From: Lophium mytilinum | Lineage: Eukaryota | Length of the DNA: 64,000 nucleotides | Direction: 5' to 3' | Assembly (NCBI GenBank): GCA_010093605.1 | Contig: MU004192.1 | Location: forward strand, 1,124,882 to 1,188,881 | Shown here: piece by piece, positions 24,778 to 38,764 of the stretch | Layout of the letters: each line of letters starts with the position of its first letter | How positions within the stretch are numbered: the first letter of the stretch is position 1 | Translations under genes and position numbers: made by a program | Notes under the pieces: model-generated | Told to the model about the DNA's origin: nothing | What the model saw: only the letters and a program-made list of their open reading frames with translations | The model's database searches: none

Positions 24778-25554
24778 TGACTTGGGTTCGCGCGCAGATT
24801 GGGTGAGGCTGGTGGGTGTTGTGCCAAGGGAATTCGGGGAGAGCCACCAGGGCGCGTGCAGCCGAAACGGATGGCGTCGATCTTTATTTCTCCGACATGG
24901 AGGATGTCGATGTTCAGTTATGACGCGCTCGGTCTAACAGCACTGCTAGACATGCACAGGAGACTGCGCGAAACGGGCGCTGGTCGTTATGGCAACTTCA
25001 GGCGGTTGAGGCTGTGGAGACATAGGGGCCGTCTTGTCGGACCATCCATGTCCATGCTGCAGATAGAATAGTTCTAGCTTCTACCGCATCCCGCTGCCAA
25101 GCCTCGTCAACAGTGCCGTACTCGGGCCATCGATGAAACCGCGACTTGGAACCGGGTAGGCATATAACCCCGGCAATGGGCCTTCTGAGGCAGGTTAAGG
25201 ACCCAGACATGGACGCTCCTCGTCGAATACAGGGCTTAGAACTGAGGTGAGACTCACGGTGCGCGGACCCCATGATGGTCACAGCTTAGGCCGCAGAATG
25301 GGCATGCTACTTGCTTATATGGGAAAGGAAGATGCTCATAGGCACATCGGAGGAGAGAAGGGGGATTATACTACATGAGGTACCTAATATACATATAGCG
25401 CCTCATGTTTCCACTATCATTAACAAAAGAAAAGATGCAGAGACCGACTTCTATACAGCCTATTAATGTCAAAGCTGGACCACAGATTGGTATCACCATA
25501 GAAATAAACAACCTCTCACTCATTACCCACTTACTTCCCCCTCACCCAGCCCTC

Positions 25555-27525
25555 CTATGCCGGCGATGTCACCTGCTTTCTCCTGATATCGTTCCACCCC
25601 ACTCCCCACACAACACAGAAGCAAGCGCACGCCCCACCAGCACTCAGATAGAACACCCGATCAATCGAATCCGCATACGCATGCAATACCCCCTCCAAAG
25701 CCGCCCCCTTGAGTACCTTCCTGAACCCCCGCGCTCCTGCATTGACCACAAACTGCACATCAACGCCGGGGGCATATTGCGGGATCTTTGTTTTGAGGGA
25801 ATTGTTGAGAATCGTGTTCGCGGAGGTGAGCATAATGGAGCCCATAAAGGTTTGGCTGAACATGACGCAGGAGATGGCGAGAGCGACCTGCCTCTCCGGG
25901 ACGCCGTTCTGGGCGGCGAGGATAGCCTGAGCGGGGGGTGTTAGCTTATTGGGTCTTTTGCCAATGTGGGAAAAAGGGAGCATTTTCGAGATCAGGTAGG
26001 AGTAAGGAAAGGTGGAGAGGAACTCACGATTTGGGTACCCATACCCTGACCCGCACCGAGCAGGACTTGGAAACCGACTTGTCTGGCCTCTGGGGTGTGC
26101 ACTGAGAATGTAGAGAAGAGCCCCGCGGCAATAGCTAGAAAAACGCTGGAGGCAACGCCAAAGGGAAGGTAATAACCGAGTTTCGAGACTGCGTAGATGT
26201 TAGTAGACACTCATCATAGACGCATCTCTCCGCCTGAACAACGTACTAGCGACGCCTGTGCTAACCCCAAATGCAATATTGACCATAATATTTGGCAGCA
26301 GATCGACCCCACTCATTGTTGGCGAGCGACCCTTGACTGTCTGGAAGAAAATAGGCAAGTAGTAGGACGAGAGGAACGTGCCAGCCATCAGGAATGCCAT
26401 GAACATGCAGGCGCAGTAGATGATGCGCCGAGAAATCATCGAGGGCGGGATCATGGCCACGTCGCCCATTCGCTTCTCCCAGAAGAAGAACACGATGTAT
26501 GTAGCGCCGCCACCGCAGAACAGCCCGATGACGACCGAGCTGTCCCAAGGGTGCGAGACGCCGCCGAATTGGAGGGCCATGAGGACCATGATGGACGCGG
26601 ACGCAAACAACACGAATCCAGCTAGATCGAGTTTGCCCCAGACATTACGGATGACAATCGAGAACTTCTCCTTGGGTATCTGGTCGGGAACGTCGACGAA
26701 GAGGAGGGAGGCAGCGGCAACGCCACCAATCGGAAGGTTGATATAGAAGCCTAAGGATCAAAGGAATCATGTTAGCATACTGCCAGAAAATCCGGGGTGA
26801 ACAAGGGTAGAATGGGAGGGGATCTTACACCATCGCCATGATACGTATTGAGTAAACGCGCCTCCGAGTACTGGCCCGATGACTAGACCGAGCTGAGCCC
26901 CTCCCATGCAAATCCCTTGTAGGGCAGGTAAGCGAGATTTCGGAACGGCTGCGCTGATCAACGTTAGGGCGCCGTTTTGGAGGCCTGAAGATCCCATGCC
27001 TGCAACCGCTCGTCCAATAATCAGCATTTTCGAGGACGTGGCCAAGCCGCATATCAAAGACCCAACCTCGAATACCGCAAAGCAGATGAGGAATAACCAT
27101 TTCAGGCGAAAGTAGGTGTATAGTTTCCCCGTCATTGGTTGGAGAGCAGCGTTGGCAAGTGTGTAGGCGCCGCCATACCAACCGACGTCGGGTACGCTGT
27201 GAAAGGCATCGGTGATGCTAGGGATCGCAGTGCCAATGATGACGATATCGAGCAGCGTAAGAAAGCAGATAAACGTCACAGAGCTCATGAGGAGCAAGAG
27301 CTTCGTGCCTAGGATGTACTCCTTCTGGGGTTCGGTATCCTCGTGCGGTGTCTCTGTCTTTTCATCATTCACGGATGGCGAGTGCGTCGAAGGCTCTGTG
27401 TTTCTTTCCACTTTGTCATCATGATCGTGTGGCAGCACTGCGTTTTTGCCTCTCGGAGACGACGAAAGCGTAGACACGCTTTTGCGTTTCTCTGATTCAT
27501 AGTCTGGTCCTTGGGAAGTGTCCAT
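25555..27525 (-). CDS. MFS drug:H+ antiporter (DHA2, 14-TM efflux family), 3 introns
   Basis: [86 protein letters not shown]. Confidence 0.92.
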
Positions 27526-28465
27526 AATGGTAGTCAAGATATGTGCTTGGAAAGTCGTGCATTAGACGTGCTCTGAATGTAATTCGGACATTTCAGTATA
27601 ATAGGGATATGTATTTTGGATTCTAGGGCTGTTAGCAGGTTCCCATGATCTTTAAAAGATCTCGCATGCTGAAAACGAAGCTATGGCTCACCTAACTAGG
27701 ACTAGCGTCCGGATTTCAGGCGTTTCTGAATCCCGAAATTCGAGGAAGTAAGTGATCTCCGCCAATTGAGTCAAACACGTAGGTACGCTTTGCGCCTAAA
27801 AAAGAGGCGTGGTTCCCCGCGGAACCCCCGTTATCGCCGCCGCAAAGGACCTGATAGAGATCTCCGATCACCAGTTATCGTTTACTTTGCCAATGAGACG
27901 CATCGCTTAGCACGCTAACTGATCACTTAGGCCTATCCAAGTAGTTGCGGTCGAAAGTCGGGCCGCCAAGCGCCGACCGGCCCTCCATTCACTTCAAAAG
28001 CGGTAAACTGATTCGCCGACTCGTATGCTTAAAACCGCGTATGAATTAAAGTGATTCACTGTTTCGAGAACAAACTGTATTTTGTTCAGTGAATGTTGGT
28101 TAAGAAAAAGGGCTGATCTAACCTAATGTTGTACCAGGATTGTCGATCCCAAGGGCGCAAATACGAAGTGAGTCAATGCGATACCCAACAGTCCAATCTC
28201 GCCCCCGGATTATCGTATGAACTGCAGTCGGCCTTACGAGGGCAGTACTATGTATTCTGTGCTTCGACAAGCGTAGCTGGGCATATCATACTATGCTCCG
28301 TTGTACAGGAGTTGACTCATTATGTTCTCATGAGGTCTAGCCTTCCTGTCAGGCGCCGAATCCGGAGCTTGCGTGAATGTACATTGCGTAGTCGTACAGA
28401 GTATCCTGATATTGCCTGGTTGCGATAGACTCATCTTAGCGTGAAGATCACGCCTGGCCTGCGTT

Positions 28466-30584
28466 CTAGAAATCCCAGGCAGAAAAGACGTCTGACACCC
28501 ACCAGTTCTCTGGTAGGTCCATACTGATATTCGGCATCTCCAAATCCGTCATTGGCATCATCGGCACGGCTGGGACGCGTACCGGGGCGGAACTCAAGGC
28601 AGCCAGCTTGGCCTCCCATCTTTCTCTCGTTGCATCAAATGTCTCCGCATATCTCGGGTACACATCACTCGCGAGCAGGTTGGTGGCGACCATACGAAGA
28701 ACATCAGCAACACCGTAGGTGTTGCGGGCCACGTTTTTATCCCATAGTGGATCGTCTAGAGCTGAGAGCCTATAGAGGACTACTAGGCAGCGCATGAACT
28801 GAGAAAAGACGGAAAATGGAAGTCCGGTGTATCTGGCAGGCGGTATGGTGAAGAATATGTCGAGCCAGGACTTGAGGGAGCGTAGAGAGGCGTACAGACA
28901 TTCAACTTCCTGATAGTCTGTATTGTTGGACGAGGCAGCTGACTTCAACGATCCAAGCTCGCTGACGTAGAGAGCAGTGCTATGGAGATGTAATAGTATA
29001 ACCTCTGTGATGAAGTTAAGAGGATAGAACCAAGATGAGTAGACTTATTCAGGGCTTACCATGCTGGAAACTACCCGAAACATTCTTCTCTATTTCCTGG
29101 AGCTGGCCTTGGAGTGCGAGTCTGTAAAGAGATGGTGGTGTCTGGGAAAAGTCATTGCTCCCTATCTCTCCATAATGCGCAGAGAACTGTACAGCTTTAT
29201 CCACAATTAACTGCATCCTAACCAGCTGGACCAAGGTGTCGTCTGTCGGATGCTCTTTGACTTCCGCAAGAACGTCGAGGCATTCATTCATATGGGGTGT
29301 CCACCGCAATGGGTCCATGTATCGAAGGAACGCAGACACGCTTGAACTGAATTAGCAAGCAGCGGTTGCAGTTTAACACCGAGACAACCTACAATGAGGT
29401 GACTAAAAAGCAGCCCAACACGGCTCTTCGTTCCTCCAAGGTCCGGACAGCGCTGGCAAGCTGTTTGGATGCTTCTGGTGCATTTATCTTGCAGTTCAAC
29501 AACATCGTCTGGAAACTTGACCCTGGAGGTTTGTTGAGGCCGAGTTGAAATACTAGGGATATCGCTAATTGAGTGAACACTGCCAATGACGGTTTCTTTA
29601 CTCCTGTACTCGGTGGGTTGGACCTTTAAGTTGATTAGCTAGTATGCTCAAGAACAGAATACCGACATTATTGACACACCAAGCAACACAAACGAGTACA
29701 CCGAGTAGCAAATCCAGGTTATGTTCTTGTCCAATCACCATTGCTTCGCTTAGCATGGTTCGAACTTTGAGCGGCAGTGATTCTTGCTGTGGGCGTGATT
29801 TGGTCGAGGCAAGCACGATACAGTACCACAAGAAGGGTCTCTCCTGAAAAAGTTCCTCGGATGAGGTGCTAGGTGGAATGTGTATGAAGGGAACAAACGG
29901 TAACTTGTGGGTCCGAAAATCATGAAGACACTCTTCGCCATCTGGCGGTATAGGCTCGGGAAGTGCTAAAGTTGGGGCGTAGTTCATAGAGCTGTTCGTT
30001 GCAAACGGCATGTGATTGTATGACCCAAGCGTTGAAGCTGCAAACGAGGTGGTAGACGGTGAGCTATCCTTTGTTGAGCTGTGATTGAGGCTCTCGTCAC
30101 TCGAGTCAGCGTTAGCGGGGAGAGTTTGATTGTTGTTTTTGAGAAGCTGAACGATGTTATCGAGCTTCTGCTCTAACTGCATGGCCTTAGACGCTGCTGT
30201 TCTCCGAGAATGCTTTACTCGAACTGTCGGCGCTGGACGACATTCCCGATTCAACCGATGACATCTAAAAAGAGTTAGAAAGTAAAAAGTAATATTATGA
30301 TGACTTGCAGAGTGGAAGAAGTGGTCATCATTGGCCGAATGGTGCTTAAGCATGTGATGAAGTTGTGCATGGAACTAGGGATTAAGCTTTTGGAATGAAT
30401 GGATCAGAAAGATTCATTCGACTCTAGAAACACTCACGCACCTTTCACAGGCCCCCCCAGGCGTCCTCACAATACATTTACACTTGCTCCTCGCGCAATC
30501 CACGCAAGCACGGCCATAAGGGGCCGGAGCGCCGACCGCCAACGGCTTAGAGCCACCGACAGTCCTGGAATTAGACGCCTCCAT
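28466..30584 (-). CDS. Zn(II)2Cys6 transcription factor, multi-exon
   Basis: Exon 1 MEASN...GAPAPYGRACVDCARSKCKCIVRTPGGACER spliced to CHRLNREC; QLEQKLDNIVQLL; PFVPFIHIP; RTLEERRAVLGCF. Confidence 0.87.
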
Positions 30585-31464
30585 CGAACCCTCAATCCCG
30601 TTGGAAGCGCCTACGACTAAGTGGACTCGGAAATGGCGTTGTGAATCCCTACGCGAGCAAGGAATTGGGCTCGGCGCGGAGGTGTTGTTCTAATCAAGCG
30701 AGCCGAAAACCGATCATTCAACCCAGAAATCCAGGAGTGTAAACTGGTGCGTGAAAGCCGACAGGCAATCGTGAAATATTGGGAGACTCATAGTGCGGCG
30801 AGGTGGAGGGAATAGGGTGATGAAAGAGATTCGGGCGTTGTCCCAATCCCGAAACCCGCGGACGCTAGCTTCATGCGGGCTGGCATGCTAAAAATATGAG
30901 GCCCGCAAGGCTGATCTGGATCCTTCGGAGATATATACAGCAGAAGGATGAATTTTCGTCCGCAGTCTGTTCTACGACTCTCGGCGTACAGCCAGAAATC
31001 TATCCCTAGAACAGTTCAACAGAGTCCTGACGTCACCCGCAAAACAAAACCTGCTGTATAGAATAGAGCTGGTCCCAGAACCAACTTTATGGTACCTTCA
31101 TCACTACTATAGTGTTGCAGTATACATGGAGAAGAAGACGGGTTTTTGGTGATGGGAGGCCCGAGGAGGAGGCCTGATCATCATCCGCACTTCTTATAGG
31201 CTATATGTGGGTAACAATTTCGGAGGGGGGTGATAACATTGGGGGCGGTATGCTCTTCCTACTCGTGCAGGGTAGGGATGTTGATTAGGTGTCATATTAG
31301 GTGCCAGATTAGGTCGCTTTAAAGATTCGTTCTTGTCGTTGGACTCGGTATCATGGCTGAACGCGATAGCAGCAAATACGCCATAAAATACCCACCCGAC
31401 AGACTCAAAGCATTCGTCAAAACCCGTCCCAACTCCATCATGTCATCATGTCAATGGCGAGACC

Positions 31465-33133
31465 CTAAGCCAGCGCACCCATCGGATCCCACAAATCCAG
31501 CATCTTCGGCTTCTGCTCCAGCACCTTTCTCACCGCTGCACTGACCACACTGGGATCAACAACTGCCTGATACACAAACTCATCCATCCAGGCGTCACTC
31601 ATCACAAAGTAGCCTTGGGAGCCTGCGGTCTCCGACCATGAGTTCTCCACACGCCACCGTACCGGCTTGCCATCAACAACATGCACAGCGGTGAGCACCA
31701 TCGCGTGCGTCATGGCGCTCTCGGACGTCATGAGCCGCTCCGCCTTCTTCATGCCTAGACGCACGTTGAAGCCGAGTTCGTAATCAAAGAGTGCCGTGTC
31801 CATGATACCCTTGGCAGAGTCCGAGTACTTGCCAACGTCTGAGCCGAAGAAAATGGGCAGGCCGCGCTTGAGGGTCGTGATGCAGGCGTCTTTCATGGTT
31901 TTCATGTCCACATTGACATAAGTCACAGGCCGGCCAGACCAGATGTTTCCAAGACGAGACACAGAAAGAAGGCGGTTGTAGGGGTTGCGAGGGTCATTGA
32001 CGATGCTGAAGAGTTGGGTGACGTCTGTGCCGCCGAGGGCACGCACCGTACGTGAATCGCTAAGCTCCTTTGCGAAAGCAGTAGGGCGAGTAGTAACAGA
32101 GCAGAATTGCCCGTCTTTGTCGGTGAATTCCCAGGTGAATGGTTTAGTAGATGAAGGCGGCGGACCAAGCATGAGGGTTAGGATCAGATGGATTTCGCGG
32201 AGCATCTTGTCTTTCGTTGCGCCCAGAGAGGACTTCAGGACCTCGGGATCCGTAGTGCTGCTTGCAAGGCTACGGAGACGAAGGGCGTCTTCGCGGAGCT
32301 TAGTAGTGATGAGACGGTCCATGGAAGATGAGTTCATGGCGTTGAAGGAGTCGGGGTATAGACTCTGGGGCACAAGGCCATACTTCTGCACCAAGTTCGC
32401 AACCATGTCCCATTGGCCGCCATCACTGACCGGGCTTGCAAGTAACGCTTGTATAAGACGACCATCCAGAGGCTCATCCACTGTATCGAGTATGTTTTCG
32501 AGGAAGTAATTAGCTTTCTCGAGCTTATCCCAGTAGAAGAGGTATGCTTGAGAGAGCTCGAAGGACGCCAGACGGTATTTCTTCATGATAGCAACACGAA
32601 ACACGTTTGTAGACGCAAAAAGCCAGCATCGGCCTGAAGCTCTCTGGTTCGTGACTGGAGTCCCCTCCAGTGGTATCTTGACATTGAAGTTCTGGGTATC
32701 GGCGATTGTAGCCGCGCGGGAGCTTAGGACGTTGTTCGCATTGTTGGAGCTGAGGGCTGCAAGGGCGAGACGATTCTGCAGAGCGTTAGTATCTCGATTA
32801 CCCAGTAACTGAACATGGTCCTACCTTCGGGTCTTCCAAGAGCTCTTTGGCCCATTCCTCTATCGTGGTTGTGGATACGTCCGTCTTGTATGGGGCGAAG
32901 GGGACCTTTTCTTGGGCTACATAGCTACTGTCAGATACAGCCTCGAGATGTACAGAGTAGTAGATTCACTTACAGCTCTCCTCGCCGATAAACACATAGT
33001 CCTTCTCAACGTTGGTGTTGTGCTTAAGCTGTAAGGCCTGGAGTCTCTCAACGAGCTGTTGGCGCATCCTCTCATCTTCGATATAGGAGACCGATAGCGG
33101 GCTAGACGAGAGCTTAGACGGAGCGCTACCCAT
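31465..33133 (-). CDS. LAP3: Bleomycin hydrolase / cysteine aminopeptidase (peptidase C1B), 2 introns
   Basis: VTNQRASGRCWLFAST (catalytic Cys), LSQAYLFYWDKLEKAN, DGGQWDM, AMTHAMVLTAV (His), VENSW (Asn), C-terminus WDPMGALA; ATG 33133 MGSAPSK. Confidence 0.95.
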
Positions 33134-33449
33134 GATTTCAGAGGTAACTTGGGTATAGGCGGGTGGTATAAATCCAGTGTAATCGAGGGATGGAAAGTCG
33201 AGGTGATGAGGGGTGAGGGTGGAGTCGGTTGAGACGGGTCAAGATCGAAGCTTTGACCACGGCGATAAGGACGCAGGACAATGCCGACATCAAGGTACCC
33301 ACGCAGGGCAAGAAACAAGTGGCACACCCAGCTAGCATTCTGCCATTTATACACCTGTGTGCCTGTCTGCCGCCATTTATGGTCCTTTAATGCATTGTTA
33401 CAGCTATAGTTAAGATAGCAACCCTTAGATTTAGGCTATATAGAAACTT

Positions 33450-33700
33450 TCCGAGGCACTCTATACAGTGGGAAATAGGTGCACTAACCTACTTGGTACT
33501 CTAAAACAGCATAGGAGCATAAAATAATATTCTATAAATCTGTAAGATATGCGTATTACTTTTATATTTATATACGCTTGTATAGCACCGTCTAGGGTCC
33601 TCTGGTATCCTATTGCTATCTATAGAACGGCAGCTTTGGCAAGCCTAATAGCTCTCCGGGCCGCCTCAGACGGTGTTGAACTGCTGGAGTGTGCCACTTT
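33450..33700. repeat. Cluster of the dispersed motif in TA-rich intergenic DNA
   Basis: ggcactctatacagtgg at ~33455; inverted pair gcaccgtctagggtcc (33585) / ccgcctcagacggtg (33661). Confidence 0.65.
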
Positions 33701-33988
33701 TTTCCTGCCTAGCGTGGTACCTACCTCGGAGTGCTTTCTCCATCATCAACACCAGCAGGTCCAGTAGAGATGCACAATCTGAAACCTGTCAACTCCGCAA
33801 ATGGAAATGTCATAGCTGTAGCATATGATTTAGTAGCAAAACGAGCTCACTGAACGGAAAGTATTTCGTTGTGGTTTGTTACGCATTGCTTTCGTGCTCT
33901 CCCTCATGCATATCAGTTGCGATGTAATGATCATTGGCCACCAGAACCACCCTCAAGACGCCCTCACCTTCCCAATAAAAGCACCCTC

Positions 33989-34997
33989 TCAACCCATCTT
34001 CTCCCACGGCAACCCCTTCGCCATCCTCATAACCCCCCTCTCTGCATATCTCACCGTCCCCGCCACATCCGGCACCTTCTGCGCATAAACCTTCTGGAAG
34101 TTCTCCTTCACCACCTTCCACGCATCCCCATCCATCTCCTCTTCGTCGTCCCCCTCCGCATCCCCTTCCATACTCAACGCCGCCTCCATCTTCTTCATCG
34201 CAATCTTATACCCAATTCCCAGCACCCTCTTCGTCCTCGCCTCCTCACCCCTCAAAGTCTCCGGCAACGCTTTATCCGCCTCCGGCACCGCGTTCTCGAT
34301 CCGCAACGCCATGTCGTCGTAGTCACTGAGCATATCATGCGAGCGCTGCACGATGACTGCCGCAGAGCGGAGGTTCGCGAAGAAGTCTGCGGCGGGCTTT
34401 CCACCAGCAGCGGCAGCGTGGCTTTTAGGCTTGTCGGTGTCGGACTGCGCTTTCGAGGCCTCTTGGAAGATCTTGAGGACTTGAGCAGTGATATCGTTGC
34501 GGTGCTTCTCTTCTTTGGCGAGGCTAGTAGGTTTGGTTAGTCGGCTAGAATAGTAAGAGTAGACAGAAGGAGGGCGGGAACGCACGCGTCGGCCATCCGC
34601 GTCTTGAGCAGGGCTTCGAGGTCTTTTCGGTCGCTTTCGATTTTGCGTTTGAACGATGCGATTTCGTCGTCCTTGGGCTTTGGGTCCTGGGCCTGCTTTG
34701 AGGGCTGTACGGGCTTTCTGGGGTCGGGGTTAGTAATTTACACCGGGAGAGCGCACGTAGTGGATTGAGAAGAGCGACGCACTGCTTTGAAGTGATGGTA
34801 GGCTTGTAGTATTCTACTGGTTGATGGGTGTCTTGGGTGCTGCTAGGAGGGTTTGCGTAGTCCGCATGCTTCGACCGGCGATGGGACTGGGGTGAGGCAT
34901 CGTCGGTATCTACATCAAATTCGGTGAGTGATTTTAGGGAGGAATTCACTGTGAGAGAAGCTATACCATCTGATCTACGCTTACGCCCTTTCGTCAT
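33989..34997 (-). CDS. Hypothetical protein (basic N-terminus, coiled-coil), 2 introns
   Basis: MTKGRKRRSDG...; two GTGCGT...CTAAC...AG introns link exons KPVQPSK...DLEALLKTRMADA and LAKEEKHR...YAERGVMRMAKGLP. Confidence 0.65.
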
Positions 34998-35378
34998 GTT
35001 GGTGGATGTCGAAGAGTTGAAGTGTGGGATCGACTGAGGTTGAAATAAGGTAGGCAGATGAGGTACTTCCCGATACAGACCACCACCAAGAAATCATCAA
35101 CACGCATCTTTTGCACCTGTGAATGAGAGGGGAGACTGTTCAGTTGATATCTTGATTAGTCTATTAAGAATTGATGCTCAATTGCGACAGAAACATTTTA
35201 ACCTCCAAGCGCCAGTCATCAACGCCAACATTGAAGCATAAACGCCGTCCATCCCAAACCCCCGAAAGCGCAGAGAAAAATCTACCACCAGCTCGCTGAA
35301 CAGCCGGGAGAAAAGTCATGTTGAAACGCCCTCGCATTCCTCCACTTCGTCGATGGTGGGCATAACCTCCAAATTCGA

Positions 35379-38208
35379 TTAAGCGCCGCAACCCATGTTG
35401 AACACAGCGCTATCATTAAAGACAGCACCGTCCATAGCCTCATCCCAGTTGAATAGCTCCAGCTCTCCGGCATCTCCATCCATGATCTGAGGATGTGCCT
35501 CTTCGCAGTCCATCTCCGCAATCTGACCCCATCCAGGATATTTGAAGCACTCATTCACGGTACCCAGGCCGAGATCCAATCCCATATTCGTGCTCCCGTC
35601 GAGTATAGGCTCGCCCTTGCCGTTACAGTCGAGCTCTGGGATGGTATTGTTCGCAAGCATGGAGTACGCCTCCATAGGCGGGTGGTGGATGTTGACACCA
35701 CAGTCCTCCAATGCGTCGTAGACGTCAAAGTCAGCAGGCACATCTACGATGCCGTGCGCCTTTTTGAAGAGCGCCAGCCACTCAGGGTTATCTGCCGCTG
35801 TCTGGTTCCACGGGTCGTCGTCGTTATACAGGATGCGGCGCGCTTCGGCCTGCAGTTTCTCGTCGGTGCAGCTGCCTGGTCCTTCTGTAACCATCTTCTG
35901 ACGCACGAAGCGACCGAGACGGAGCGTCAGGATCTCCCAACAGGTTGCAGTGGCAATGTTCGGGTTCGAGTTCGGGGAGGCGTTGGAGTTTGTGGTGGTA
36001 TTGCTGGCCCAGGTGGGCGTTGTGATAGCCGACGTGCCCATGGGTGTTCCGAAGCCAGGGAAAGTTGTCACATCGCAAGACTCTGCCATGAACATATCGG
36101 TGTTGAACTGGTGAAGTTCAGCTGTCATGTTCTGACCTGGCAGGCCCTCTTGGGTCAAGGGACTGGGTGTCCTGTTCGCCTTGCTCCTCGCTGTGGGAAT
36201 AGTGTATTCCAGGTCTGTCATTTGGCCAAGTGGGTGGACATGGTGGGCCATGCTGGCAGTGTTGCTCGCAGAGAATGGGAACGGGCTCTTGCTTTCGTTA
36301 CCAATGAGATACGGCGGCATAGCATTCGTGACCAGAGCCGCCACATGAGGGTCCAATCCTCGGCAGCCCTTCCAGTCCTTCATCTTTGCACCGTTGCGGA
36401 ACTCCTTTGCAAGATGGTCAACTCGATCCTGCCATCTTGTGAACTCTGCTCCACAGAAACCACAGCGACACCTGATGAATGTGGCCTCCGACTTCCAGGT
36501 TTCCATGCTGGGCGTCATCTTACAGTTGTGAATAAGGCGCAGATGCTGGCGAAGATGGTCTTTTCGATAGAAGGTACGGGCCTCTAGGCCTTTTTCTTCG
36601 CAGGAAGCATGGTTGTGGGTTTCAAGATGATCGCGGGACGCATCCAGAGCGTCGCAGTAGGTACACTTCCGCTTCCCCGAAGCAGGATCTGTGATAACAT
36701 CTCCGAGAGGAGCACAAATCCACTTCTCAAGCGAGAGGTGAAGAGACTTCTCATGACGAGACCAGTCGTACTTAGACTTGAAAGTGTCAGTGCAGAAAGT
36801 GCATTGGAACATGCGTGCGTTGGCCAGGCTAGAGTCGATTTTGGATGGGCGAGTTTGAACCCGACGGCGGCGGCGCCGTTCTTTAGTCGGGTTGCTGCCA
36901 AAAGAGTCGAATGTGTTGAAAGAAGTGCGAGAGTTGCGAGAGCCGTGCGACCACACGGAGTGTTGGGAGGCAGATCCAGAGGAGATGTTCGTGGTGCCCG
37001 TATCCAGCGACGTGGTTGACGGCGCTCGGAAGACGGAAAAGCTTCCAGAGCTTCCATTAGACCGTCCCTTGCGACTGTGCTCTATTCCAAGGCTGCTCGA
37101 GAGACTTGTAGGCTCTGGAGGGTCGAAGTTCTCCACGGCCTTCTGAATAGCAGTCATGGGTGCAGGTTCGTTCTCAGGGGGGGAGTGCTTCCATCGCTCG
37201 AAGGGATTAAGGGACTCCCATGTTCGACCAGCTGGAATGTCTATAGCTTCTGATGGGCGAATGCTTGGAGAGGCGGTTCGTTTAGGACGAGCCTTCTGCC
37301 TTCGGCGAGTATTGGCCATCCAGTTCGAGATTTGGCTGCTAGTGAGCCCCGTCTTCTCCTTCAAGTCGTTTTTGTCCTCTTCTGTGGGATAGGGGTGATC
37401 GACATGCTCATCCATCCAGTCCTTGAGAATCTTGATTGCGACGCGAGGGAATCGGATACCACCCTTCTTCGCGTCTTTGCTGTCGGCGAAACCCTCATCC
37501 TCAATAGGACCCATGTGACCAAGGGATCGCATCGGTCTGGTCTTCATTGTCAAGCCACCAAAGACATGAGCGCTGTCCTCAGTCACGATGTCTAAGGTGT
37601 CGAGACGCTTCCTTGATTGCCTCATGGGTTCTGCAGAGGTCTGGACAAAGCTGCAAGGCCGGAACAGCGCGTTACACGGCGAACAGCCGCTTTGGCCCTC
37701 GTAAGTGATGAAACACTCGAGATGTCGAGAGTGGCAGTAGTCACAAGCTTGCTCGGGCTTGGAGTATCGGGGAATCCAGCTCGAGAAATCAGGGTTCCAC
37801 TCGGCTTTGTCGGCTGGCTGGGCAGTGGTCTCCGGAATCTCGAAGTCGCCCATGAAACCGACACAGACGCACCTGGCTACCATTAGAACAACGTTCAAGG
37901 TTTGACGATAGAATTCTCTTTCGGGATTTATGAGACAAGAAGCAGGATGAGATATGTGGAAGTGTGCTGGGGTCGGACCTGACTACATTTCCATAACGTA
38001 TGTGGACTGAGGTTTTGCGCACATGGAGTAGAGTTGGAAATGAATAGACTTACCCGTCCGTCGACTCGGTGCCGTGTGCTAGACACAGACTGTTCGGCTC
38101 TGCCACGGGTGCGACGTCCTCTGCCAGATGGTGGATCACATCCGGCATAGCAGCCTCGCCAAAGTCGAAGAACTCGGCGATATCCGAGTGCACGTTGGTG
38201 TTCTCCAT
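35379..38208 (-). CDS. TALE-class homeobox plus C2H2 zinc-finger transcription factor with an additional Zn2Cys6-like motif
   Basis: ILKDWMDEHVDHPYPTEEDK...QISNWMANTRRR; FQCTFCTDTFKSKYDWSRHEKSLH; RKDHLRQHLRLIH; CDYC-x6-C-x9-CSPC-x6-C; likely ATG at 38208 (MENTNVHSDIAEFFDFG) with short 5' exons. Confidence 0.87.
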
Positions 38209-38764
38209 CGCGACAACTGAAGGGAGCAGAACTCGCCCTTCGCACGATTGCTGGCAACAACACGCCCTTTGCTTGGAAGATTGATGACGCGAGAAGAATG
38301 GGGATTACGAAAGGCGTGGAGGAGAGACGGGTGTTTTTAGGACGACGAGCACGAGGGCGCATGGCGGGGACAACGACTCACATCCTTGCGCCATGTCAAA
38401 AACTCGGCACGGCATCCCAAAGCGGGCACAGAAGGGCGCGCTGCCTTGAAGGCCTGTCCACGCCAGCGGCTGTGAGAGGCCCAATTGTCTGCGCTTGTTC
38501 TGCACCACTTCAGCCCTAGACGCGCCGCAATCGGCCAGTCAGCCGGCAAGTCAGCTATCGTCAAGATTCGATTGGCCATGGAAGCAGGTTTCTGTTTTCT
38601 AGAACATGGTGGCGCCGCACAAGTGAACCATGTGGGGAGCAGTGCGCCTTGACCGCTGCTCAGAGCCACCATCCGAGGGCGTGCCGCTTACCAATTTGTA
38701 GCATCGCTACCCTGGTCCGGGGCACACCCTTGACTATCCTGTGCTCTCCGGAGAATATGTGCTA

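Noticed and set aside
10590..30584. Secondary-metabolite biosynthetic cluster
   Set aside because: No PKS, NRPS, terpene synthase or other backbone gene in the window; the gene set fits catabolism better
35493..36587. 364-aa ORF antisense to the homeobox gene
   Set aside because: Shadow ORF with non-ATG start and no motifs
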